Source: Folioceros fuciformis (lineage: Eukaryota). From it: a stretch of DNA of 49,318 bases. The DNA lies in NCBI GenBank assembly GCA_049999805.1, contig JBNGIO010006396.1, positions 347,691-397,008 on the forward strand, given 5' to 3'. How positions within the stretch are numbered: the stretch's first letter is position 1; each line of letters starts with the position of its first letter. Below, in pieces: positions 12,188 through 23,419 of the stretch. A model generated the notes under the pieces. It searched no databases. It worked only from the letters and a program-made list of their open reading frames with translations, and had not been told where the DNA came from. The position numbers and the translations under genes were made by a program.

Positions 12188-13684
12188 CTATTTATAAACT
12201 GACACAGACAAAGCAGAAGCGATCAAGAAACTGTCACACACGGAGCTGAGACAATTGACAAACTGGAAACTTTGAATTGTGGGATCCAGCGACTCACCGG
12301 GAGAAGGAACGATGCAGGCATGTTCAACACTAGGCTCTGGAGGGTGAACAATGACAGCTTGCGTTTCGTCCTGGCTCAGTTCACGACTTCGCTTTGAAGG
12401 CTTCGGGACCCCAGAATGCTCAGATTCAGGGGCCCTCGACTGTGCCAGGGCCAAGCTTCCGCGTTTCCTGCCACGAGAGACATCCACCTGCATTTCCTGA
12501 TGCGATTCTACCGGTCGACTCAGTCCAGCCTGGCCAAGCTCGTCATAATCCCTCGTTTCCAGATCCTCAACACCCTGTAATTTCACATCCGGGTCACTTC
12601 GTTTTGCCATGCCCTCTGCATTTGCACACACCCGAGAAAGCGTCGGACAACTTAAGAAGTAATCACAAGCATGCCCGCAATTAGGGAATCTACAGAACGG
12701 ATGCATCGACTTACCAGGGGAAGCAGCTTGACACGCAGGTTGAGGAGGAGATCCCGGACTACAACTGCCTGCTAGAGGCCTCATATCCCCGAGCCCAGGG
12801 TCTGAGGACCGTGGTAGGGCCAAGACAGCGGATTTGTGGCCACGGGAAGCATCCACCTGCATTTCTTCGTTCAGGGCGGAGCTTAGCCCAGGGCCGCTGA
12901 CCTCCAGACATTGCTGAGCAGCCTGCTCATTCCCGTCGCCTGAGCCGCTTCCTTCTCTCATGGTCTCCAAGCTCACCTGCGTAAGCATACCATGAGGCTT
13001 TGGCCAAATCTCGAGGATACTCCTGTAGAGCTTGTTCAGCTTCTCTTCCGTTTTGGTCAATCCCATGTACATCTGGGACAGTCTGGGAGAGGATCCAGAC
13101 CCAGGCTTGTCCGCCATCCCAAGAGTACGCTGAGATGGGGTCTCGTGCGCCACCTGGATATCCAACGCCGGCACATCCAGTGCATTCTGGGCCGCGACCA
13201 CTCTTTCCCCTTGCCTGGGATCAGACGCAGCAGGAGCAGCCGTCTGCGCAGAGTGGTCCGGTCTCTTGGCATGGGGCCATCTCCCCTTGAACTGTGCCTC
13301 ATGGGCGAAGGTTACCCAGTCCACAGGCCAACCTCTCCATGCGGCAATAGCGCCTTTGGCAAAGGCGATGCCCGAATGGCCCCAATTTGCACCCCTGAGA
13401 GCATAAACCTGTCCTACCAGGGTTTTCAGAAATGCCGACTGTATTGTCCGAGCGTGTGTGAGGCGGATGACACTCGCGCCATTCCAGACGAACTCGTTCA
13501 TCACGTCCTGGTTGCTCACAGTTCGATTCCAGCCACGGAGGTCTCTTGGACGAAGGCCCTGATTGCTCAGGCCCAGGCTGAAGAAGTAGTCCTTTTCGAG
13601 CACAGCACCCCTCCTCTTAGGGTTACCTCCAGCCACTGCCATCGCCATCGCCTGTTGCACCTGCTCCTGCATTGGTCTCGCCAA
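12188..13684 (-). CDS. Family B gene B1: N-terminal 'VDW' domain plus EEMQVDVS repeat modules
   Basis: 498-codon frame, first ATG at 13672, probably reading through short introns (SPG|gtaagt, SPG|gtgagt). Domain KRRGAVLEKDYFFSLGLSNQG...QDVMNEFVW...GIAFAKGAIAAWRGWPVDWVTFAHEAQFKGRW is conserved in two further copies. Confidence 0.75.
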   Translation of the reverse strand: MARPMQEQVQQAMAMAVAGGNPKRRGAVLEKDYFFSLGLSNQGLRPRDLRGWNRTVSNQDVMNEFVWNGASVIRLTHARTIQSAFLKTLVGQVYALRGANWGHSGIAFAKGAIAAWRGWPVDWVTFAHEAQFKGRWPHAKRPDHSAQTAAPAASDPRQGERVVAAQNALDVPALDIQVAHETPSQRTLGMADKPGSGSSPRLSQMYMGLTKTEEKLNKLYRSILEIWPKPHGMLTQVSLETMREGSGSGDGNEQAAQQCLEVSGPGLSSALNEEMQVDASRGHKSAVLALPRSSDPGLGDMRPLAGSCSPGSPPQPACQAASPGKSMHPFCRFPNCGHACDYFLSCPTLSRVCANAEGMAKRSDPDVKLQGVEDLETRDYDELGQAGLSRPVESHQEMQVDVSRGRKRGSLALAQSRAPESEHSGVPKPSKRSRELSQDETQAVIVHPPEPSVEHACIVPSPGESLDPTIQSFQFVNCLSSVCDSFLIASALSVSVYK

Positions 13685-13736
13685 TTTTGCGCCTCGCCAC
13701 GCCTCTCCCCGCTCAACGAGGCTGTGGCTTGCGCGT

Positions 13737-14126
13737 TCAGTTAGCGCAAAACGGGAGGGAAGGAAAGGTCACGGGGCAAAAACACAATAAACCCCTTTTT
13801 CTACAGAAACGGGGTCGGGGTGCCACTGGGTGGACCGAGCTGGGGACCGTGTGAATGAAGAAATTTAGACGGATGCATCTTGTGGCCAGGAATCCGACTG
13901 CTTGGCCATACCACAGTCCAGAGACTCCAGGTCGTAGGATATCGAGCCCCTGGAGAACAACATACATGTACAGCCTCCGCAGAGTCGTCCGGAACCTGAT
14001 TGCAAAGGTGCTTCTGGCTGTAAGACGATGTAATTCCTTTCCCTCGAATTCACACACTTCAAAGTGTTCGTGTTCATGTACTCTTCTCCTCGACTGCAAT
14101 CGAAGCGCAGTATGCCATGAACTCAA
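13737..14126 (-). other. Conserved short reading frame C1 upstream of B1 (unknown product)
   Basis: HEHEHFEVCEFEGKELHRLTARSTFAIRFRTTLRRLYMYVVLQGLDILRPGVSGLWYGQAVGFLATRC. The frame is also open in the duplicate at ~25090-25320. Confidence 0.4.
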
Positions 14127-14726
14127 ACGAGAGTTGTGGTGGTAAATGCAGGTCTGTTGGTAGACTTCAGACTCCCGGAGCGCTCAAACATTATCTTCCA
14201 CTTGGGAAGATCAGCACGCCGAAAGGTAACAAACTGATGCTTGCTGTGAGTGTTTATTTTCACCCCACATTCGAACCATAAAGGGTTGCAGCTGCTCAAG
14301 CGAATCCGGGAGCTCTGCAACACAGCTCGACCTCTGACTTCATTCTGTGGAGAAGCGATCATGTGAAGCGTGAATTCTCGGGTGAGTCGGAAATATAACT
14401 ACAGCTGCAGGAGAGCTTGCCGCCCCGTAGTCGTGCATGTGGATCAGGACCTTCACAATGCTGGCCAATTGACTGTCAACAGTGGTCTTGGTTTATGGAC
14501 ACCCATGGCCATGAATTTTCTTCTAGAAGAAAACAGAACACAGATCTGTGATCCAGCTTGGTTGCCAGTCCATGGTGCTCGAAGGGTTCTTGGAGGTCAT
14601 AAGAATCTATGCTGCAGACATCATCCCAAACCCAAAGGTAGAAATCTGAAGGATTCGTGAACCGTACCACCTTCGGGGTGCTTGAAGCAGAAATGAAGAT
14701 ACATTTCATGGGACGCCTGATTGTCT

Positions 14727-15737
14727 TCAGCAAGTTTCTTTGAGCATTGCTAGTGGAGATTTGAACTCGTTGGCGCTTCTTTCTGGAAGGTCTCCATGAC
14801 GATCCACTGCTAGAGGAAGTAAAGGAGAGTCAGCCCTCTCGTATCTGGACACCGGCACATGTACAAATTGCTTTTCATTGAGACTCCTCTCGACAGTATT
14901 GTCACTAGCCGAAGCTTCCTGAACGAGTGCTGCAGTCTCCACTGCATCCGCACTCCCATGTACAGGGATATCGAGTGACGACATCCTAAGGTAGGAGCTT
15001 CATGAAGCTCAAGCTCCAACTCCAGATTGACTGTATTTTCTCGACCATGTCTGGCACTTGGGCTGCCTTGTGATGGGCCTCGAGGTCAGCCCTTCTTCCA
15101 CCTCGTTGAGAATTACATATGTACAGTTAGAGTACTCCTTTCCTACGCCATTCAAAGTTTGTTTCTCTGCGGTGATTGTTCCAGTCAGACTTTGTTTCCC
15201 TGCGCTGACTGTCTGTTTCACTTTGTTTCCCAGGCCTGTCCTGACTGCTTCGTTCTAACTTTTGTCTCCCTGCAGTGACTGTTTCACTCACAATTTGTCC
15301 AGCCCGGACCTGTTCTTCTCTGCAAGGCCAGACATGTGTAGCCTGTCATCGTCCGAGTCTTCATCGAGAAAAATCATAATTCAAGAATCGGGTGGAATGC
15401 CTGGTTTGTTCCTCTTGGACTGCTGCTGCCTAAACATCCACGGTGCGAAGGAGTGCTCATCTTCACATCGGCAGGAATTCTCTGTTTCCTCCTTCATGCT
15501 GTGCGATTCAGGTGGTTCCATGAAAATTTCATGATAGTCCAGACAGTATTCGACAACCGGATTATGGTCATACATGTTTGCCCTCATGAAATTGACTCTT
15601 TCTTCAGATTGTGCTGCTCCGGGGGTTCGTCCTGTGGCAATGGTGACTCCACCCGACAACTGGCGGTCCCATGTTTGCAGGTCCCAAATTTTATCCAGCC
15701 ACAGCAACTCCTGCACCTTCTCACCCTGCAAGGCCAA
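14727..15737 (-). pseudogene. Decayed long reading frame of unknown family
   Basis: ORFs 15381-15737, 15009-15221 and 14727-14984 share one frame (offsets 516 and 237 nt) and are separated only by in-frame stops. The intervening translation is protein-like (DEDSDDDR...). Confidence 0.45.
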
Positions 15738-16092
15738 CGCCGTCCAGTCAGCTGGGATCCATAAAACTTGGAAAGAAGCTGTCCATTCCGTCTCCTAGTC
15801 CAGAAATAGCCTGCAAATTTGGAAACGAGAATTATACATCGTGATTCTGGGTTGCTGTAGCTGTTCATATATATTCAGTTCATTTCTAGTTGACAATTCT
15901 TAAGTGACATCTCAACTCAAATTCAAGCACGTGTTCGTCCGTCTAAGTAACCAGCTCTCTTTCAAGGTAACTACTGCTGTTAAGCCTTATTTTGTTTCTG
16001 TGCAACGCCGTCGTTTCTCTCCTGTGTTGCCGCCGCGTGAAGCCGGCGGCTCGGTGGATGCATGACCTGACCTGAGCTGGGCAGGGAGAGAT

Positions 16093-18012
16093 ATGGTGCG
16101 ACCAACGCGGCGGGAGCCGCAATCAGAGCAGCAGGGAAAGAAAGACCTTACAGGTGGCGCCGAAAAGAGGAGGAAGCCCGTGTTGGACAGATCTCATTTC
16201 TGCGACATCGGTTTGAGTGACAAGGGCATTGACCCAAGACGCGCCCATACATATGACCAGATTGTGACCAAGCAAGACTTGATGAACGAGTTCCAGTGGG
16301 TTGGGCGTGGTCCCATCAACCTCAGACAAGCTCTCACGATAGAGCGCTCATTTCTGAAAGCCCTGCGGGATAAGGTGTATCCTTATAGAGGCAATTGGGC
16401 CACCGTCGGCATGTGCTTTGCCAGAGGCGCCATCGCCTCGCATAGAGGTTCTCAAGTTGATTGGGCCACCTTCGCGTACGAATCCCAGTTTAGAGGCAAA
16501 TACGCTCTGAAAAGGGCAAGACTTGAGCCTCTGAGCACGGCTGCTTCACCTCCGAGCCAAAGAGAGGTCGTCCGGACTGCTCTCGATTTGTTGAAGGAGG
16601 CACCATGCCAGGAGAACCGGGCGTGCGAGATATCGGAGGAGGAAGAGCTCGGGCCTCAGGAAGGGGTGCTTGTGTGTGTGGGCCAGGAGGAAGAGCTCGC
16701 CGATGAGCCCAGGTCTGACCGTGACTCCGAGTTGTCCAATGGAATCAGGTGCAGCCGAGAGAGGAGGAATAGGGTCTACAACGAACTTAGAAACTGGATA
16801 AAATATCTCCGGATGATCGAGCATGAGAGTATGGAGCGCCAGGCGCGGGGAAGTGGCCCGAGTGAGACATCAAAGGCTGCTCAGAATCTGGAATCAGGCC
16901 ACCTTGAGCTAGGCCCGATTGGACCAAGTCCACAAGTGGACTTCAATGACCAACCGTACATGGATGTCTCCGGTGGTCAGGAATCAGCTTGCTTGCCCCT
17001 GCCACAGTCTTGGACAGGCCCTTGGTTTGAGGATATCAGGTCCTTGCCAAGCGGGCTTGGAAGAGAGCATCCTCAGCCTCGTCCTCAAACTGAGTGCCTA
17101 GTTGCGTGTAGAGGTGAGTTAATTCTTCAGGGTATGTTTGCGCTACGACTACTATCCCTGTAAATAGCGCTACCTCTGATTGTCTGGGCATGCTGACTCC
17201 CCTCATGCCTGGGCACCTTCGCTTCCCTCTTGATATGATGCTACACTTTCTCTGCATGCATGGTTCACAGCTTCAGAATTAACATGCACAACCGCATCTT
17301 ACAGACATCGGTGTAGACATTGTAGGATCATAGCACCTCTGGCATCCCTCCAGCCGGTGAGCTCTTTTGTTTGTCTCCGCTTAATTGTCTCATGCTTACT
17401 CGGGTGTGTACAGATGTTCATGTAGAGGCCATGGTGAAAGGAAGTGGTCCCCCAGGTGTGAAATCGCAGACCATTCAAGTCATGGAAACGAGGGATCATG
17501 AGCCTGGCTCGGGATCCGGACCGAGTCGACCAGTGTACTTGAACGAAGAAATGCAGGTGGATGTTTCCGGTAGCAAGGTGTCCGATTGCTCGGCCCTCGC
17601 ACAGTTCAGGGACCCCACGGTTGCAAATATGGGGACCCTGGCAAACAGGACTAGCGTATCGCCTCCGGAACCTCGTCCGAAACAGAGCCAGCAAGGAACT
17701 CAAGCTGTGCATGTACAGTCTCCAGAGTGTCGTCATGAACCTGCGTGCAAGGCTGCTTTGAATTCTCGTGTTGAGTTCATTCCGTTCCACATCGGGACCC
17801 TGTCAAGCAGGTCTAGTGCATGGCCTCCGGAACCTCGTCAGGAACAGAGCGAGCCAGGGACTCAAGCTGTGAATGTACAACCTCGAGAGTCTCGACATGA
17901 AGCTGCGTGCAAAGATGCTTCGAATTCTACCGGTGAGTTGATTCCTTTTCATGGATCCTCGAATTTCAAAGTCTTAGTTATTTTACTCGTGGCCTGGGAA
18001 TACAGTGTGTAG
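16093..18012 (+). CDS. Family B gene B2 (divergent paralogue, opposite strand, multi-exon)
   Basis: ATG-started 356-codon ORF with KRRKPVLDRSHFCDIGLSDKG...QDLMNEFQW...GMCFARGAIASHRGSQVDWATFAYESQFRGKY. Downstream exon in ORF 17371-18012 has the LNEEMQVDVS module and two 54-aa (162-bp) repeats. Confidence 0.75.
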
Positions 18013-18921
18013 CTGGTCATGAATTGAGACAAGATCGCGGGTGTCAGTAAACGCAGGTATGAAGGGAGACCTACGACTCTTGGAGCTGTCAAGCACCATG
18101 TTTAAGATGGCGAGTTCATGTCACCACGATTGCGAGGTACACGAAAACGTATGAAAACCCCACAGCTAAGCTACCCGCCTCTCCATGCTGATCAGTACGA
18201 GGATGGGAAACCATGCCGTTGCCACAAACAACATGTATCAGTCTGTTGATTCTGTCGATATCGGTACAGTATTCCTAGAGAGCTGGCCTCCCTAGTGTGT
18301 GGTCACTGCAAGAGATCTATGTGCATGTGTATCTGTAGCGGGACCCAGAGGAGACTGAGCAGGTACTTCAACAATTAAGATCTGCGGAGCGTGTTGACAC
18401 GCTCCGTACCCTGTTGTGAGTCATTTCCTTGCCATTTAATGTGATGAACATTGAAAGATAGATTATTTAGATCACGCAGTGCTTGACTGAAGAGTAGTAA
18501 AGAATTTCCGTGCCAGCGATGTTTTCCTGACAAGGTCACAATCTGCACTTTATCCTCTCCGGATCCCGACAAAGACCAACTTCTGGCACGGCAGCAGGGA
18601 TCCAGAAGGGACTGGCCAGTGACCACCCTAAATATAATGGTCGAGGACTGCCAATTAGCTAAATCTTCCAAGGCCCCTGAAGGGAAGAGAGAGGCATGCT
18701 TCTCTGTGCCATCCCAACTTGAACTCCAGCTTATACCTTGGTTAACCTCCTCTTGCGTCCTGTGCTGAAGTAGAATCATTTGCCATTCCATTCAATTTGC
18801 AGCCTTGGCGAAGACACTGGCTGTGCTCTCAGTCACTCTAGTGGGCATGTCCAGGTGGGAACCAGATATGGTAGTTTGGCTATCGTGCAAACCCAGTCTA
18901 AACTGAAGGTTTCTGCTGTTT

Positions 18922-19021
18922 NNNNNNNNNNNNNNNNNNNNNNNNNNNNNNNNNNNNNNNNNNNNNNNNNNNNNNNNNNNNNNNNNNNNNNNNNNNNNNN
19001 NNNNNNNNNNNNNNNNNNNNN
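18922..19021. other. Assembly gap (100 N)
   Basis: Run of exactly 100 N; true length unknown. Confidence 0.99.
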
Positions 19022-19556
19022 TCGTGGTTTTCAATGTAGAATTGCAGCCTGGGATCCCTTTCTAGCATTTTTTGGCCCTTGACAATCCTGCAATCCGTGG
19101 TAATCCAGATTGAGGCAATGTTTATGGACGAAGACCCACACGAGTGCAGTGGTTAAGTCAGGTCACAACATTAAACTATGCATTGATCCGCGAGGTGTTG
19201 GGGAATTCTGGTGCCCAGGGTTAAATACTGGAATCTCCATTTATGTTGGGCTCGTACGAAATTTGAAGTAGGAGCTATGGGAGACCATTAATCAACTTGG
19301 CAAGGTGCAATGTCTTTGTCAAGTTAGCTTCCTGAATAATCCAATTGATACATGCAGTCCAAATCTATCTTGATACAAAGCTGCAAACATTTCTAGCTGC
19401 CTTTGCACCGCTGCTTTCCTATGAAGAATAACACCTAGCCTTAGAGCATGTTTGTCAAAAACTTAGGCTAGATGTTGAAATGCACCTATGATTAGTTAGA
19501 CACATAGTGTTTCACCTCTATACACATCATTCCATGCTAGCTGGGAACATATTTTG

Positions 19557-20304
19557 TATCTTTACGTGGTATCAAGCAAGCACATATCAAGCAAGCACAC
19601 CTATCATTGGATTCAGGCATGTCTTTACATGTATCGTAGTGGGCACACCTCATCACTAGATTCAAGCATGTCTTTACATGTATCGTAGTGGGCACACCTC
19701 ATCACTAGATTCAGGTATGTCTTTACATGGTATCGTCGCAAACACATCTCATCATTGGATTTAGGCATGTCTTTACATGGTATCGTAGCAAGCACACCTC
19801 ATCATTGGATTCAAGCTTGTTTTTACATGGTATCGTAGCAAGCACACCTCATCATTGGATTCAAGCTTGTCTTTACATGGTATTAGAATAGGCACACATT
19901 ATCATCTAATACAAGCATGTCAAGGCATACATTATCACCAAATAGAGGCATGTCCTTACATGATATCAAAGCAAGCAAACCTTATCATCGAATGTAGGCA
20001 TATCATTACATGTTATCAAAGCCAGCACATGTTATCACCGAATACAAGCATGTCTTTACATAGTATCAAAGCAAACACACCTCATCATCCAATTCAGGCA
20101 TGTCTTTACATGGTATTACAGTAGGAACACTTGATCACCAAATTTCACCAAATTCCAATATGGCTTTACATGGTATCAGAGTAGGCACACTTATCACCGA
20201 ATTCAAGTATGGCTTTACATGTTATCAAAGCAGGCACACTGAATTGGGGCATATCTTTACATGATATCATAGCAGCCACACCTAATCACCAAATTCAGGT
20301 ATGC
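19557..20304 (+). repeat. ~50-bp tandem array (~14 units), each containing an LTR-end-like TTACA followed by a tRNA-iMet primer-binding-site-like motif
   Basis: Consensus about CTTTACA-TGGTATC(A/G)(G/A/T)AGCA(A/G)GCACAC-CT(C/T)ATCA...ATTCA(A/G)GCATGT. Best unit tttacatggtatcagagtagg at 20165-20185. The canonical plant PBS is TGGTATCAGAGC. Confidence 0.85.
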
Positions 20305-20879
20305 CAATCACATAATCATGCCACACCCCTTTTTTTATGCTTAGCTATTAGAGGCACAAATGCTTTACAAAGAAGGTAGAAAAGGAAGCCAAACGTCCCG
20401 AATGGCAGAGAATTAGGAAGGAGATACAATTCCTCAAAGAGACATAAGAAAATCTTTTGCATTACGCCTAGCTCAAAACACGTAGTTTTTTACTCTTAAT
20501 TGGCAAAGAATTTTTTCTTAGGGTCACAGAACACAACGAGTATGACTAGGCCTACATTGAAGTAGAATATCTCCTCTACCAGCAATGAAACAAGAATTGA
20601 CTACCTACTTGGACATTATTAATCGCTCCCATAGATGTAAAGGAGTAAGTCATTTCCTACTTGAGTTCTCACTACAAATAGCATACCCTCCATAGGCTCC
20701 CCTTTGTACAAGGAATCAAAGAAGCACAAACCTCAATGATTATACATAAAATCAATAGTGTAGACCAATCACATGCCCACATCATATTCTCACAACACAC
20801 TTACAAAATTGTCCTGACTATGTAGCTAGATGTCTTTTGCATAATCACAAACGTTGTGGGAACGTCAACTTGTCCAAAG

Positions 20880-21300
20880 AAGGCAAGTTCAATGATCAAT
20901 AGCAAAACTTTTCCATATGAAAATTTACAATAACAAACATCCTCAAAGAAAGAAATTTATGGACCTACTTAGGAGGCACAGGAAACCCCATCACCATAAT
21001 TTACCCAACCGTTGGCACAACAAAGGAAAAGAGGAATAAGAAGACGCCAATGAGCTAGCAAGAAATGTTATAATTCAAGGCATGAGCTCAAGCTATGACA
21101 ATGTTCAACAAATTGAAAACACAAAAACTGCAGCAACTACTTGGAAACAATTATATGACACCTTTAGTATCATAGATATAATGCATACCATCGACACACT
21201 TAAACGCTTTTTAGGGTTGCACGCACAAGAAGAAGATATACTCGACCAACAAACCATGAGTTTTGGGATCTAATCACCCACATGGTCGATTATAACATTC
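20880..21300 (+). mobile_element. Degenerate Ty1/Copia gag remnant
   Basis: Broken translation KFNDQ*QNFSI*KFTITNILKERNLWTYLGG...ARNVIIQGMSSSYDNVQQIENTKTAATTWKQLYDTF...TLKRFLGL follows the Copia gag N-terminal/UBN2 pattern. It has stops and frameshifts, lies downstream of the PBS-like array, and no pol is seen. Confidence 0.7.
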
Positions 21301-21319
21301 TAGGGTTGTTTATGACAAA

Positions 21320-21579
21320 TGGTGAATAATAGCACATCTACGAGTACATGAATGTCTATGGAACACAATTTTTTAGCAAGTACTTGGTGAATGATAGTAC
21401 ATCTACGAGTACATGAATGTCTATGGAACACAATTTTTTAGCAAGTACCTGGTGAATGATAGTACATCTACGAGTACATGAATGTCTATGGAACACCATA
21501 TTTTAGCAAGTACCTAGTGAATGATAGCACCTCTATGAATACATGAATGTCAATGGAACTTTATTTTTTAGCAAGTACC
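21320..21579. repeat. 65-bp tandem repeat, 4 copies
   Basis: tggtgaatgatagtacatctacgagtacatgaatgtctatggaacacaattttttagcaagtac(c/t) starting at 21320, 21385, 21450 and 21515. Confidence 0.95.
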
Positions 21580-22980
21580 AACGTAATCGGCTGATAAAGT
21601 TTTTGGCTTTGTTTTATTTTATTTTGGTAGATTATGTGTGTGGCAATAGCATGGGGTATACAAGTATCATGTTGGGAAAAGAAAGAACCTACTTGGGATG
21701 ACTACCTATATAAAAGTTGGACCTTCATAGGTAGGACGTCTATGTAGGAGGTAGTATCTATGTAGGGAAAGTATTTGCGAAGTCACTTATGGAGGGTGTT
21801 TCAGATGATATGAGCTAATAGGTTTCATACTAATTACGCGTATGTGCTTGGGAACATGATGTAGTTCCATGCATACCATAAGCAAATCCTTGGACCTACA
21901 ACTGAAGGTTGGGACTGTGGAGGCTGAACAAGATGTTTAGATACGGAGTGACCACTAGGTTGTCAACTTGGATGACATGGATTTGGCACTATGGAGGCAC
22001 AACCTCCTCCTAGACCAATGTCTTTTTGCCCATCACGAGGAATTGGTAGCCTTGGCGAGGCCACGATGTCTTGAGCCTCATGATGACTATGGCAAGGCCT
22101 CGGCAACCATGTTCTTACCATTAGATTATCAAAAAAATAGTAGTGTACATCCAGAAAGTTTGGATTGGTAACTTGAGGTCGAAAAGAGCACACGGCAAGA
22201 GGGACAGGAAGGTTGCACCTCGAGTAGCACATGAGTCCGAGCTGGGAAAAGGAACCTACTTATGGAGGGAGTAGTAGGGAACCAGCCTACAAAGCAATAG
22301 AGGGCCAGCATATGAAGGGAACATCCCCACCCTACGTAGGGAGGGAGAATCATAGCGAGAAAAGCTCTCCAACATAGAGAGAAGTTAGTTCCTCGAGTTG
22401 AAGGACAAGTGAGGCTTACAAATGTTAGAATAGATTCAGCGGGTGGTGGTGGATGGATACCCCAAGAGATGAATATGAAGGGAAGCTCAAAGGAAAGAGA
22501 TGAACATGAAAGGAAGCTCAGCGAAAACTTGCGGATAAAAGAGAAGGGGGCTGCAATATAACTAATGAAGGAGGGGCTAGCGGCAGCTCAATCAGCTGAC
22601 CTCGCCTCCCTTCAAGACTAGCCCTAGCCACTCTCTAGGAGATTTGAAAAGGGGACTCTAGTTCCATGTTGGCCATGTAAGCCCTCCGCTATATCTCTAT
22701 ATCTGACAAATTATAAATATATTACATAAATTCTCCTATTCCAGTCACTCTTCCTCCATATCCAATCTGCTAACTCTATTACCTTGAGTTAGGGAGTATG
22801 TTTTGTCTAACTTAAGTAATACTTGAACAGTGCTTCCGACAGATTTGTCAGTCTAAGGTCCTCCACAACACCTGCATTTAACACCAATATCCTGGATCAG
22901 TTCATATATGTGCAACAAGTTTATCTTTCCCAAGCTATATTTCAATCAGCGACCTCGTGCGGCGCGCATAGACAAAGTTG

Positions 22981-23310
22981 GGAGTGCAAAATCAGAGCTA
23001 GGAGTGCACAATCAGAGCTAAGGGTGCACAATCAGAGCTAGGAGTGCACAATCAGAGCTAGGGGTGCACAATCAGAGCTAGGGGTGCACAATCAGAGCTA
23101 GGAGTGCAGAGGCAAAGCTGAGAATGTACAAACAAAGTTGGGAGTGCACAAACAGAGATGGGAGCGGGTAGACAGAACTGGGACACGCGCCCAACTCGGT
23201 CTGTGCGCGCACAGTCAGAACTGGAGGGCGCGCACATGCAGAACTGGGGGCGCACCCAGACAGAGCTGGGGGCCATAGACAGAACTGGGCCTACTCAGGC
23301 CGAACTGGTC
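22981..23310. repeat. 20-bp minisatellite (gg(a/g)gtgcacaatcagagcta), ~6 near-perfect units plus a degenerate tail
   Basis: Near-identical units at 22981-23108; degenerate cagagctggg/cagaactggg units to ~23310. Confidence 0.9.
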
Positions 23311-23419
23311 GTGAATACACAGAGGAGGTGGGTTACAAATAGATGGAGACACATATGAGGGCTATTTATAAACTGACATGGACAAAGCTGAAGCGATCAA
23401 GAAACTGTCATGGACAGAG

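Larger units (their letters stand above)
11810..14475. repeat. Segmental direct duplication, copy 1 (partner 22735-25580)
   Basis: Collinear similarity from gtattccactcgctcgttcctccatagcc (cf. ctattccagtcactcttcctccatatcc) to ctacagctgcaggagagcttgc...atgctggccaattg (cf. 25505-25580). Confidence 0.9.

Noticed and set aside
12992-13744. 250-aa + strand ORF (and the similar one at 24168-24974)
   Set aside because: Antisense shadows of B1/B3; the protein-level conservation with B2 is on the other strand.
18780-19082. ORFs spanning the N run
   Set aside because: Artefacts of the assembly gap.
19557-20304. CRISPR-like array
   Set aside because: Units are similar along their whole length with no unique spacers; the context is eukaryotic and there are no cas genes. 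It is a tandem repeat.
21320-21579. CRISPR-like 65-bp periodicity
   Set aside because: Whole units are near-identical; no spacers.
21600-22700. Possible pol or LTR of the Copia remnant
   Set aside because: No integrase, RT or RNase H motifs and no paired LTRs could be identified; probably decayed repeat DNA.
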